Part shown: positions 1-13,160 of the stretch, piece after piece
Numbering within the stretch: the first letter of the stretch is position 1
Layout: every line of letters begins with the position of its first letter
Assembly: GCF_006345805.1 (NCBI RefSeq)
Contig: NC_043003.1
Coordinates: forward strand, 106,268,001-106,332,000
Direction: 5' to 3'
Source: Octopus sinensis
Taxonomy: Eukaryota
DNA: 64,000 bases
Made by a program: the position numbers and the translations under genes
Notes under the pieces: generated by a model
The model's input: the letters and a program-made list of their open reading frames with translations, nothing else
What the model was told of the DNA's origin: nothing
Databases searched by the model: none

Positions 1-15
1 ATTGTTTTTTTTATA

Positions 16-48
<33 letters not shown>

Positions 49-882
49 CTGTGTATATATATATATGTATATATATATACATATACATACATGCACAAGC
101 AATATCTAGAGGGGAATTAAAGTCATACACAGATAAATATGTGTTTCTTTTTTGTTAATTTTAAATCAACGTTTGTACTGTGCCACAATATAGAACTTGT
201 TAAGAATTATAGTACGAGTGTCAAGGACTAATTGAGGAAAATGTGTCAACTTAGAATGAATTAAATGGATTTTCTCGGCTTCAAGTAAATGACTCATCTA
301 CAATAACTGGGGAGAGTCATTTTAAAGTTTTAGTGGGGCATAAAAATATAACAGCACTTGTCTGAATATATTGCTTTAATTCATACAACAACATATACAC
401 AATCATGGGAACACAGACAAAATGTGGATAAGAGTAGATGACACTGAAAGACCGGCATTGTTGTTTCTAACCATTGCAAGGCCACAAATTTGAAGGAAGA
501 GAAAGACTGATCAACTATTGTACTTGCATTTTTAGCTTCTATTTATTTATTTATTTATTTATTTCTGGCAAGTGGTTTCTAGGGAGCACGATTGTCAAAA
601 ATCCCAAAATGGGATGTCAACCTGTTGCTTGGTTCAAGGCCAAAAACCTTGATGGGGGCGGGGGGGGGGAGAAAATCAATTACCTCAAATCAAATACTCG
701 ACTGCTTCTTTATTTCAACAACCCTGAAGAGACGAGAGACAAAGTCGACCTCAATTGGGTTTGAATGAAAAGAAGGAATAAAAATTAAAAAAATGCCACT
801 AAGCATTATGTTTGGCATGCTACTTATTCTTCCAGCTCACTGCCTTGTAATTGATGGGTGTTTAATTGTGAGTGGTTATATA

Positions 883-1110
883 CGAGGATGAGTCAAAAAG
901 TAATGCCATTTTGTTTAGGACAGGTATAATTACCAACGCAAGAACATGTATCAGGAACATGTATCATACATCAAAACGAAGCTGGTCCTTTGTGGATCAC
1001 ATCCCTACTTCTCCACATAGTCACCGTTCTCTCAATAGCAATGTTCCACCTTCAAATGAAAGCATGTATCCCAGCCCTGTAAAATTCTGTTGACTGTTCT
1101 TTGAGCCTCT
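883..1110 (+). mobile_element. Truncated mariner-like end
   Basis: TA followed by CGAGGATGAGTCAAAAAGT, resembling mariner terminal inverted repeats; no partner end found. Confidence 0.4.
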
Positions 1111-2246
1111 TCTTCACTGGGTTCTGGGTTCAGTCTCACTGCATGACACCTTGGGCAAGTGTCTGCTACTAAATCCACTGGTTGACCAATACCGCGCATG
1201 TGTGTCTATGCATGTATGTGTGTGTGTGTTTCTTCCACAGCTTAACAACAAGTGTTGGTTTGTTTACTTCCTTCTAACTTAGTAGTTCAGCAAAAGAAAC
1301 TGATAAAGTACTGAACTGAAAAACTAAAAATATGTCCTGGGATCAATTTGTTCAACTAAACCTAAACCATTTTAAGTCTGTGCTCCAGCATGGCCACAGT
1401 CTAATGATTGAAACAAGTAAAAGATGAAATATATAGGAAGTAGACTGGGGCCATCTTTAATGTGAATATCAAAGTTTTAAGAGAAATTTCAGGAATGTTC
1501 TTGTTTTGAATTTTTAAAAATGGTGATATTGAAAGAATTGCCAAAAGACCTGACTAATGTGTGCCATCTTGTGCTTACTTCAGATTCCGTTGGTGCTGCT
1601 GTGTCCTGTGTCACATATACAACCAACTGATCCACATATAAATAAACAGACAGTAACTGTCTCCCCACCCCCCGGGGGGGGACCCGACAATAAACTGATA
1701 TCAATGATTGGTTAGCTTATATCCTAAATAACCTCTCCTCCTCCTCCTCGATGGAGAGGTTAGAGAGGTTAGAGAGGTTAAGGGAGAGAATTATAAGCAA
1801 GATATGGTGAAATGTCAAAGGGGAGATGGTGCTGGTGGTGGGGAGAGTAACTGCCAAAGTGAAAACAAAACAGGTGAAAGCAAAGGAAGAGAGAAAGAGA
1901 GAGAAGTAAATATAAATGAGAGAGAGAGAGAGAGAGAGAGAAGGGGGGAGAAAAATAGAAGAGAAGGAGATAGAGAAAGAGAGAAAGGACAGAGAAAGAG
2001 GTGGTATAAAGAGAGGATAAGGAGGGAGATTAAAGAGATGAATTGAGAGGAAAAATGGTTTTGTTGCGTTTTTTGCTATTTTTCTTTGTCCCATTTCAGT
2101 GATAGCAACTTAAAAATAAACTTTATCTTTGCAATTAACAGAGACCGAAACAAAAACAAGCAAAAAAGAAAAAAAAGATTATTAAAAAAACTACATTGAA
2201 AAACAATGAGAAACATGTAATTTATGCAAAATGTCAGCTTGCAGCA

Positions 2247-2549
2247 ATGAAAAGGATGAAAGGCAAAGTTGACCTCGGTGGAATTTGAACTCAGAACGTA
2301 ACGGCAGACGAAATACCTATTTCTTTACTACCCACAAAGGGCTAAACACAGAGGGGACAACCAAGGACAGACAAACGGATTAAGTCGATTATATCAACCC
2401 CAGTGCATAACTGGTACTTATTTAATCGACCCCGAAAGGATGAAAGGCAAAGTCGACCTCGGCGGAATTTGAACTCAGAACGTAACGGCAGACGAAATAC
2501 TGCTAAGCATTTCGCCCAGCATGCTAACGTTTCTGCCAGCTCGCCGCCT
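2247..2549 (-). mobile_element. tRNA-derived SINE family B (GGCGGCGAGCTGGCAG head; GCCTTTCATCCTTTCGGGGTCG core, Meta-domain-like), partial tandem
   Basis: Other copies at about 690-850, 11420-11610, 18490-18703, 20530-20700, 46960-47290, 50925-51155, 60000-60185 and 63660-63820, all on the minus strand. Meta-domain similarity is from memory. Confidence 0.75.
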
Positions 2550-4499
2550 TTCTACTATAGCCCCACTCAGTCGAAAGGGATCTTGAACTTGCAAGCAGCA
2601 TGGTGACCTCACTGGTGCTGGTGCAAAAAGTACCCAGTCCACTCTGCCAAATGGTAGGAGTTGGAAAGAGCCTCCAGCTGTAGAAACCATACCAAACATT
2701 GCAGCATGATGCATTCCTCACTCAATTGATCCCATCAAAGCGTTTAGACCATGGAACATAAATGCTAAATGACGATGGTGATAATGCATTGGAGCCAAAA
2801 GCCAAGAACTGAAAGGAGAATGGAATTTTAGCTTGAATCAAACAAAATATGCATCAATATACTTCTGTAAACATTTTTTTTATTATCCCAAAGAGATGAT
2901 GAGTCTAGCACCTCACAGTTTCCACAGTTCTGCTAAGTACGCTATGGTGGAACAGTGAATAATATTTAAGAATTTTTTGGAGAAGAGAAAGAGAAAGGCA
3001 ATCTTTCCATGGAATTATGATTGTGTATGTGGTTAGGTAACCTTTTGAAGGCAATATTAGGAGTTCAATATAAACACTTAAAACAACTATTAAATTTACA
3101 TGCAAAATAAATTACAATAATATCGAGTTGATATAGGCACAGGTCCACACATTTTGCTGGATATAGTAATTCAATTAATCCCTCTAGCTGACAAGCACTT
3201 ACTTCAAAGACCTCAGAAAGCTGAAAGTTAAAATTAACCTTTGCAGTATTTGAACACCTGGATGGGATGCCAGTCCATTGCAGGGTTAACTTCCCAGCTA
3301 TTACTGGAATTCATTTGCAGCTAAATGGACTGAAGCAACATGAAATGAAGTGTTTTGTCCAAGAACTCAATGTACTGCCTGGTCCAAGAATTGATACCAC
3401 AATATTTTGATTGTAAATGCAACCCCCAAACGGTAGGCAACGTAATTTCACTAATGAAAAATAATATTAATTTTATTGAAATTTCACCAAAAATTCCTTA
3501 TCAAAACAAACAATATAGTGTAAGATTCTTTAAGTTGACAGCTCTGAACCAAAAAGATAAGAATTTCAAAACGAGAAAAAAAAATGCTTAAAATTCCATC
3601 CATTTTATTTATTTATTTATTTATCTCATTTCCTCAATCAGAAAAGTAAAAATATTGTGCAGACACACGAGACTATATAACACAGTCTTGAAGAGATGAA
3701 TTGTTGATGACTTTTATATATTTGTTTGTTTATTTATTTTAGTGAAGGTGGGTAGAGGGGGGGGGGGGCTGGCAGCACAAAGTCAAATGTATAGCAGGTC
3801 AGGGCAAAATTGTATGGTAGATACCGAGCAACAGCCAAAGAGTAAACTGATATAGGATGCCTGAGTACTTCAAAACTTCTGCTATTAATAAAATGGTAAG
3901 CTATAAGACTCACATTTTTTTCACTTTGTCAAATTCATTTTCATTGGCACAAGCATGGCTGTGTGGCTAAGAAACTCACTTCCCAACTGTGGTCCTGGGC
4001 TCTGTCTTGCTGTGTGACACCTTGGGCAACTATCTGCTACCACAGCCCTACAGCTTTGTGAACAAATGTGGGAGACAGAAACTGAAAGAAGCCTATCGTA
4101 TATGTCTGTTTGCATATATGTGTGCGAGTGTCTCCTTGTCTTGGCATCATGTCATCATCATCATCGTTTAATGTCCGCTTTCCATGCTAGCATGGGTTGG
4201 ACAATTTAGACTGAGGGCTGGTGAACTAGATGGCTGCACCAGGCTCCATGCTGATCTGGCAGTGTTTCTACAGCTGGATGCCCTTCCTAATGCCAACCCC
4301 TCCGAGAGTGTAGTGGGTGCTTTTTACGTGCCACCGGCATGGGGGCCAGTCAGGCGGTACTGGCATATGATTGTTGTAAATGAAGGTCATTCATTTCCAG
4401 TATTCTGTGGAAACATGTCTGGCTATGGGGAAATATTTCTTGACTTGGAAACAGATGTGGGTTGGCAACTAGAAAATTCAACCATTAAAAAAAAAACAA

Positions 4500-4922
4500 C
4501 AGGCCTAAATAAACTATCAGATGCATGCAAGCAGGGAAAAGTGGACACTAAAATGATGATGTTGTCCAACAACCAGCTCACCATCTTAATATGGATTGAT
4601 GTTATGGGCATGTTCATTGACCTCTCTCTCAACAACGCTCCACATGTAATAGTCCAATGGATTAAGATCTGGGGAATTAGGAGGCCAAATGCTAGGGGTC
4701 ATGCGATCATGAAAATTTTCAACCATCCATTCCTGTCTTACTAGAACCATGTGCGATAGTGCAGAGTCTTACTGAAACACACATGGCCTTCCATTGCATA
4801 CACTGTCTATCCAGGGTTTAACAATTATTTCCAGGACCTCAATGTAGGCAGCAGAGTTAACTCTAAGGCCTTGTGGAAAGAAGTAAGGAGGCATCACATG
4901 TCCTTCATTGCTGACAACCCCT
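4500..4922 (-). pseudogene. Tc1/mariner-superfamily transposase remnant, DD37D (maT-type)
   Basis: Minus strand GVVSNEGHVMPPYFFPQGLRVNSAAYIEVLEIIVKPWI...VFQ*DSALSH...WPPNSPDLNPLDYYMWSVVERE; 37 residues between the second and third catalytic Asp. Confidence 0.8.
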
Positions 4923-7900
4923 AAAACTATGACAGTTGCAGGAAATTTTAACAGTACAAATACTTATTTCGCAAAAACTATTTTAGTGATTTCAAAGAAA
5001 TTCCAAAGAAGACCATTTAGCAAGTAAAGGGAAAGAAAAAAACATTATTTTCCCAATAATTTACATGTCAATGATGACAAGTATTTATCAAAACTCTCAT
5101 GGATGAAATAGTATTTGCATATTGATAGAGCAATTATATTTACTGCTCAGTTTCATATCTGATGTCTAACGACAGCTACTGAAGAGAGATGTTGTCAGCC
5201 AGTGAAGCTGAGATATTTTATTTTACAGCACATTAACCATCAACCCTTACTGCAAGGAAACCAATAATATTCAGTACCGCGCGCGTGCGCACGTGCGTGC
5301 GTGCACTTGAGATACAGGAACCAAACTGGCTCGGTTTTGGTAGAGTACTTTCCAGAATTCTCTGGATTTCATATGATGTAGCTTACCTTTTACTTGTTTT
5401 AATCATCAGACTGTGGCCATGCTGGAGCACTGCCTTAAAGCATTTTTAGTTGAATAAATTGACCCCAGTACTTTCAAGCCTGGTACTTATTCTAGCAGTC
5501 TCTTTTAGCGAACTACTAGGTTTACAAGGGGCATAAATACCCCAGTTGGCAAGTGGTGGTGGGAGACAAATACAGACAGAAAAACACACACACATACATG
5601 TGTGTGTGTGTGTGTGTGTGTGTAACAGAGTCCTAGCCATACTCAAGAAGACCCGTACCGTACAACAGAAGTGTTAAGACCAACTCTCTGCTGGTGGTGT
5701 TAAGCTTTTGTGGCAGTGCCATGTAAAAGCATCCAGCAGACTCTGCTAAGTGGTTAGTGTTTGGAAGGGCATCCAGCAGTAGAGAGACAAATCAGACTGG
5801 AGTTTGGTGCAGCTCTCCAGCTTGCCAGCTCTGGTCAAACCATCCAACTCATGCCAGCATGGACAACAGACATTAAATGATGATTGTGTGGTTGGGAAGC
5901 AAGCTTCTTACCACACAGCCATGCCTGCACCTTGTAATACATATTTTATTTTTTTATTGGCCAATAGAAAAGGTCTGCTAGAATTGATCTACATATGATT
6001 AACATGTCACACTATCATCAAATATTTAATCAGTACAGAAAGAGCAAAGCATCATCATCATCATCATCATCGTTTAACGTCTATTTAGGTTGGACAGTTT
6101 GACTGAGAACTGGCAAACCAGGAAGCTGTACCAGGCTCCAATCTGATCTGGCAAGGTTACAGCTGGATGCAATTCCTAACACCAACCACTCCAAGAGTGT
6201 AGTGGGTGCTTTTTACATGCCACTGGCACAGGGGCCAGTCAGGCGGCACTGGCATCGACTGTGCTCAAAAGGTGCTTTATACATGCCACCAGAACAGGAA
6301 TCAGTCCAGTGGCACTGGCATCAGCCACAACAGCAATTTCACTTGACTCAGCAGGTCTTCTCAAGCACAGCACACTGCTCCAACGATTGAAGGGAACTCT
6401 TAAATGGGCCGGTTATGCGACACTGGCAGAGGCCATAGTTATGATCTCATTTAGCTTACTGGATCTTGGTTGCTTGTCATTGCCTCAGTGAGACCCAACG
6501 TTCAAAGGCCGTGCTTCACCACCTCATCCCAGGTCTCACATTCACTTTTCTATGTTGGCATGAGTTAGAGATGTGTGAGTCTTTTATCATTCACTGCAGT
6601 CCTTTATCATCTGACAGACACAGCTTCACAGAAACCTGGCGTATATAACATGTTTTGGTATGGGCTGTTGGGCACCCTGTCCAGCCAACCATTTTAAAAT
6701 GTGGACCGAGTGCATTCTACCATACTACCAACACTAAATAGGATGTTTGCAGCAAGACTACCCTCCCCCCATATCATCATCATTTAATGTTCATTTTCGA
6801 TGCTGTCATGGGTTGGACGGTTTGACAGTAGCTGGCAAGCCAGAGAGATACATCAGAGAGCTACTCTAATTGTCTGTTTTGGCATAGTTTCTATAGCTGG
6901 ATGCCCTTCCTAATGCCAACCACTTTACAGAGTGTGCTGGGTGCTTTATACATGGCACCAGCACAGGTACTTTTTATTAAGAACAAGAAAGTGCTAAGTC
7001 CAAATATTTCTCTGGAAATCCAAATGTTTCTCACACAGAGTGCACATTCATGACATGACAAGCACACACTGTGACCCTATTCCCACCAATTCCTTCACCA
7101 CCAAACTAACACAGACGAATTCTGAACAAACTACCACATATAAAAACAGGATTTCTACATTTTCTTTGTGCATGTGTGTGTATTTGTGCAGTCATGAATC
7201 AAGAGTGCATACTTATGTGCATGAATGTGCTTCTGTTCCAACATTTCTGTGCATACAAACATCCATGCTATGATGTGCGTGTATATCTACATTTAGAGTA
7301 TGCAGCTATAAGGGCAGAGTATTTATGAGTGTATATACACAATAGAGTGAGTGTATATCCTGTTGGAGAGTGTGTGTTTCCACATTAGAGGCTGTGTGTG
7401 TGTGTGTGTGTGTGTGAGTAGACAATCAAAGCACAAATTGTTCCCCATTATGTATCAAATTTTCCAACTAATTATTTTGTTATTTCATATCCAACGAACA
7501 TTTGCTTAATTTGATAAGTTAACAGCAACAGTTAATTGACAAAGAACAAAAAGAAAAAAAAAAAATTAACAGCAGAACTTGTTTGGCAAAAACATAGTGA
7601 TGAAATAGTTTGGTGCTGTACAGCTAAGATTAATTATTATAATTGTATATATAATTAACTCGTATTGTGGTGTAGTAATAATGGTAATAATTAGGAATAA
7701 TTACAATGGTTATATATATATTTTTATTAAAACTATTATTACAAAAGTTTTCCATTAACCATTTCTTAATTGGAATGAAATTAGAAAGCATTAACGGCTC
7801 GTTACAAAATTATTTACATGACAATCCAACAAGAAAATCTCTACACATTATTCTTGTAGAAATAGCAGCCAAATACCCCTTATATCATACCCTGCAAGTT

Positions 7901-8849
7901 TAAAAAATAATAATAAAAAAACAGGCACATGGGATGTTTTGTTGGATTCTCTGTATAAAAAAAAAAAGATGAGGTGGCCATAACTGAAACCCTTTTGATC
8001 AAAAATCTGATCAGGGTTGACTTAGGACCTAAGAACAACTTTTAGGAGACTATTTCTAAGTGATCACTTGACCTTCAAGAAATAGCAGCTATATTGCCCT
8101 CAAATCATATTTTCAAAGAAAAGAAAAAAATACATTTCATAATGTAGTCCAAAATAGAGCTTCTATCAAAAAAATTTTGGGTGTTCATGGGTGGAACCCT
8201 TTTGATCATAAAACTTCCCAATAAGGAATAAGTCGATTCAGTGTCAACATACTTCACTGATAATTGTTTACATTTAAAAACATATCTCGTTAATCCATCT
8301 GTTGGTAATGTTTTGTTATGTTTAAACATTAAAGTCAGGATATAGAGCTGAGGTGAGAAACCAATGACAATATAGTGGCCACCACTGAAGACAGTTGTGG
8401 TAACACGTCTGTGGCTGAAGATGTGACCATCACTGAAGATTGTGGGCAACGTACTTATAGCTGGAGATATAGCCACTATTAAGGAAAGTGGAGTAATATC
8501 TGCACCATTTTGTAGGGTCAGAGTTGAATACATTCACCACAAGACTTCATCTCATAAGCATTTAATCAAATTCTATTCATCAAATAGCTAAGTCTGCCTT
8601 TTCACATAAGTCAGCATTACTCAGCACTTTGATACTATAATGAAATTATTGTTGATGGCAACAATCTTACACCAATACAGCCATACATACACACACACAC
8701 ACGTGACAGGTTTATACACAGATTTTATGTACTGAATTCCAATAACAAGGTATTGGTTAATTTAGGCTACCATATAAAATATTTACCCAAGGTGTTGTGT
8801 AATGATATCAAACCCAAAGCCACACTGCTTTTCAAAGCAAATTTCTAAA

Positions 8850-9311
8850 CCCTTTCATTAACATATTTATTTTGAGATGATCTGTGTTTCTTTCAGATAT
8901 TTTATATATAACAAAGAATTTAGTAAAATAACTTAGTTACCATGAAGCTAGTGTTAGTAACATAAATTGTGACTAAGGTTTGGTGGAAGATTTTAATTCA
9001 AAAGTTAAGAAAACAAGACCTTTGTACTACAGAGCCAGAGGTGGTTTCAGCCGGGATGGTATCAAAAGGGTTAAATCAATCATTTGTTAACCCTTTTGTT
9101 ACCATATTCTTGTTGAGATGCACTCTGTTTCTTTCAATTATTTTAAACATAACAAAGAATTTAGTAAAATAACTTAGTTACCATTAAGCTAGTGTTAGGA
9201 ACATAAATTGTGATTAAGGTTTGATGGAAGATTTTAATTCAAAACTTAAGAAAACAAGACATTTGTACTACAGAGCCAGAGGTGGTTTCGGCCGGGTTGG
9301 TAATGAAAGGG
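8850..9311 (-). mobile_element. Head-to-tail dimer of a 221-bp piggyBac-like MITE (family 1)
   Basis: Units 8850-9070 and 9091-9311 with CCCTTT...AAAGGG ends; TTAA at 9071-9074, 9087-9090 and 9312-9315. Confidence 0.75.
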
Positions 9312-11235
9312 TTAAGCACCCTGCCATGCATGGCTTTCTGTATATACTTCCTTTTTATTTATTTTCTGTCAATAAAAACAGACCCATGCAGTATGGCAGG
9401 ACCGAGAAGGTCAATAGGATACAACATTACAGCGCCTCCTCATGGACCAACAAATTCAGATTTGTGGGTGATTTTGCTCTGTTTCTCAGCAGAATAACTT
9501 CCATTTACATAATTTCAGTTCACTCAGCTAATAGCATAAATAATTACAAGAGATCATGAGAAATGGCAGCTGTGATAAAAGATTGTCCTACATGGACGTG
9601 AAAGAATAGAGTTATACACATTGCACCACATATTATGCCTTCATTAGTTGCCATCTCATGCTCCCTGTGCCCTTGTAAGACACAACTTGCCTCTATTAGA
9701 CCCCTTGTTGGTCGTGTATTTAACAGAGTTACCTGCCTCTCGCAATAGGCCAGCATATCACATTTGTGCTTCTGATCCTTTTTCAAGGCTTTCATACCAA
9801 ATGCATCCTGCAAGAAAATTTTCACTGATATCATGGATTGAGAATGCACTCACTCACTCGCCTCCGCTTGTCCCACAGCTGCTGTTTGCTCACACTAATG
9901 CATAGACGCTTACTGCCTCACTCATGCAACAACTGGCACATTCAGTACTCAAGTGCATGCTCACTCACACTGTATAAGTCACCACTATTCAAACTCACCC
10001 AAGCAGATCCTGTCCCGTATACATTCCCTGCATTCTCTCTCCTCATATGTACAATTTGCCTCAGCCATTCACCAACACAAATACTTTGCATGTCCTGAAA
10101 TGTTTATTTGCAGGACTTCTTTTCTTAATGCATTCATTTCTGCTTTCTTTTTCCAGTGTTTGGACATTTGGTTTTTGCATTTTTCTTTTATCTTTATATT
10201 GACTTGTAGTCTGCAGCAGGGTAATGTAGTGACCAGGGAAGCCATATTAGGCAGCAACAACTGGCACATTCAGTACTCAAGTGCATGCTCACTCGCACTG
10301 CCTCAGTCGTGCAATAACTGCACCACCCTGCCCACACAAAGTGACACCACTATTCAAACTCACCCAAACACATCCTGTCCTGTAATGAGAGAGAGAAGGA
10401 AAGTTCAAATCCACTAAGGACATTTTATGAATTATTTGTGTATTTTAGACTATAAATATAATTTTTACATTGTCCCAGCTCTCCTAACTGTCTGGACATG
10501 ATCATCCAGGACCATCCTCAGCATAGGTTCATGTGTGCACAGTAGTGTAACGGCAACTCCAACCAATTAAAGCCGGTTGTGGGTTAATACATGGCAACTT
10601 CTGTCCAGCAATGTTGTGTGCCATTTTCATTTTACTCAGCAAACAGAGGCAGGATGACCAACTGAGAATTTTCTTCATTGTGAATGGCTCCTAGTTCCTC
10701 ACTTAAGTTTAGCATTGTAGATAGCTTTTACAGTTCAGTTCCCTCAACACAATTGATACCATGAATAATTCTTTCACATCCCAGCTAACACAGACCAACT
10801 TACCACTGCTAGCTTACTTACAACTTCTCATTCTTGCCTATGTAAGTTATTTCGGCTTCCCTGACTCACACACATACGTACATACCCTACATACAGGCCT
10901 CAACTCGCACTACTTGTCTGCAGTTGAACACTTATTATTACTACTTGTCAGCACTCATTGGATTAAATAAAGTTTAAGGTTTTGTTATAAATGAACTGCC
11001 TCCTCGCAATATTTTCTGAACACCTTTACATTTACTGAACTCCATAACAAACGCAATGCAGTCCTCAGTTCAGAAATCAAAACAATAATCTTTTGACTGC
11101 GCAACACCTTAACCATTAACTCCATTAAATATGTGTGGGAAACGTTTATTTTTATCAATGCAATACACATAAAACGGCAGTTAGTCAGAGACAACTGAAA
11201 ATTACAGCTGGTTGATTCTATAAGGCTTGACCTAC

Positions 11236-11346
11236 TGTCTGACAGATTTGTATTTTGTATCCAATAACTGGCACATTGTTGCATTTCTGGTAATAACACT
11301 TAAATGTCAATAGCCTTCTCCACTGTTGCTGTAACTCCTCTCCAGT
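11236..11346 (-). CDS. Candidate 111-nt symmetric exon (TGEELQQQWRRLLTFKCYYQKCNNVPVIGYKIQICQT)
   Basis: Acceptor TATTTTCTCCTCAG|, donor |GTAGGT, phase 0-0, only one open frame. Confidence 0.3.
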
Positions 11347-12689
11347 CTGAGGAGAAAATACAGTTCACTGCTCTAAGTGGCACAAGTGCTGTACAATCAG
11401 CATCAAATTTTGGTAGAGGCCAGCAATTGCAAGGGACCGACAACCAAGTCGTTGACTGTACCAACTCCAATGCTTAACTAATACTTATTTTATCGACCCT
11501 GAAAGGATGAAAAGCAAAGTTGACACCAGTGGGATTTGAACTCAGAACAGACAAAATGTCATTAAGCCTTTTGCCCAGCATGCTAATGGTTCTGCCAGCT
11601 CACTGCCTTCAAGTGCTGTATAATTGAGAGGTGTTTTGCTAACATGCAGAGCTTATCTGAAACTTGGTATCAGCTTTACCAGAATGACTTGCTTTAGTAA
11701 GATCTTAGTGGGACACAGTGAATTAACAAATAGGATGAAAAATATATACAAATGTCTTCAGAGTGAGAGATAAGTCTCATCCTAAACAGGGCCCAATTTA
11801 TCTCTGATAACATTCCCAGAAGAATCGGTAATTATTTCCTTCAACCAAGTGAACTTCAGCAATATGAAGTGTATGAGTGTACCATTTAAATATGCAAAGA
11901 AACACCAGCGATGGATTTGAACCCAAGACTAGAGCAACAAGTTTCCTATCACATTCACTGGGCCATTCTGGTTTTCCAAGTGGCCCAGTGAAATCTGGTA
12001 AATCTGCCATTCAAGTAAGCAATTACAAGTCAGGGTAAACACATTAGATATATGATTTTGTTGTTGCTACAACAAAAGACTTTAGATTAATCCAATTTGC
12101 AAATCAAGAAAGCACAAGCTGTCATGTATTTCAATATGAAGAAAGAGAGATGTGATATGAAAAACATGCTGAAGATAATTTGTTTTATCAACATGCCCTA
12201 ATGTATAAAATCAACAATAATTACTGCTCAGATAAAAATGAGTTTGTGCTTTGACAAGCACTCTAATAATTAAGACTGTGATTACATTTGACTTTATTTC
12301 TAGGTCAAATAAATAATTTGTTGCTTTATATCGTAACAGTTAATAATCATCTTGAAATAAAAATTAACTGAAAACTGCTTCGACTCTTTCACTCCTTTCT
12401 CCAGCAATAATAATTTTTGTTTTATAGTCAGAGAAAGACAGCCTATGTGACCTTTAAAAGGCTTCCACAATTAGTTGAGAAAAGAGCAGAAGAGACTGCA
12501 GCTCATAGGCTGTGGCAGATAAAATTATTCAAGGATATTCACATTGAAGTGGTGGCCAAAATGCTTGCAAATGAGTGAATTCTAGTAAAGGCATATAAGG
12601 ACCATAAAGTGTTAAACAAGGTGACAAAACTTCTTTACTATTTAAGAACAGACATGGTAATGAGCTTTTGCACAATCCCTACCTCACGG

Positions 12690-13160
12690 TGCAGCAGATG
12701 CATTCAACCAGTTTAGAAAAGTCTGGAAGAGCAAGAAACTTTCTCTAAAAGCCAAAATGCAGTTCTACAAGACCAACAGGCTCTCCACCCTCTTATATGG
12801 CTGGGAAACATGGCATCTGAAAATCAGCCAAGAAACCAAACTGGATGCTTTTGACAGGAGATGCCTTTGGAAAATACTAGGCATCAAATGAAATGGTTTT
12901 CTCAGCAACAAAGATGTCAGATGAAGAACAGATCCATGCTCAGTGTCCATCACCATCTGAACACACAGTGAGTTGGGTGGGACATATAGACATGTCAACC
13001 AAGTGCTAAAGTGGAACCCTCAGAGATAACGGTGCAAGGGATATCCCAAAATGGACTGGCATCAGACAATTGACAGACCTTCAGCTGGTAAAATCTAAAA
13101 TGGAATGATGTGCTTGGACTGCCTCATGTGTTGCCTGACATGGGAGCATCTAAGCAAGTC
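12690..13160 (+). pseudogene. Degenerate RTE LINE ORF2 C-terminal fragment
   Basis: Translates AFNQFRKVWKSKKLSLKAKMQFYKTNRLSTLLYGWETWHLKISQETKLDAFDRRCLWKILGIK*, matching the RTE LLYGxETW...RCLRxIL motif; stops and frameshifts follow. Confidence 0.75.

Noticed and set aside
1717-2094. ORFs over GA/TC-rich tracts (also 23.7-24.2, 32.2-32.6 and 35.6-36.0 kb)
   Set aside because: Low-complexity E/R/K or S/L/F peptides open on both strands because purine tracts lack stop codons.
4184-4744. 186-aa plus-strand ORF
   Set aside because: Chimera of a SINE and the antisense strand of the maT transposase remnant.
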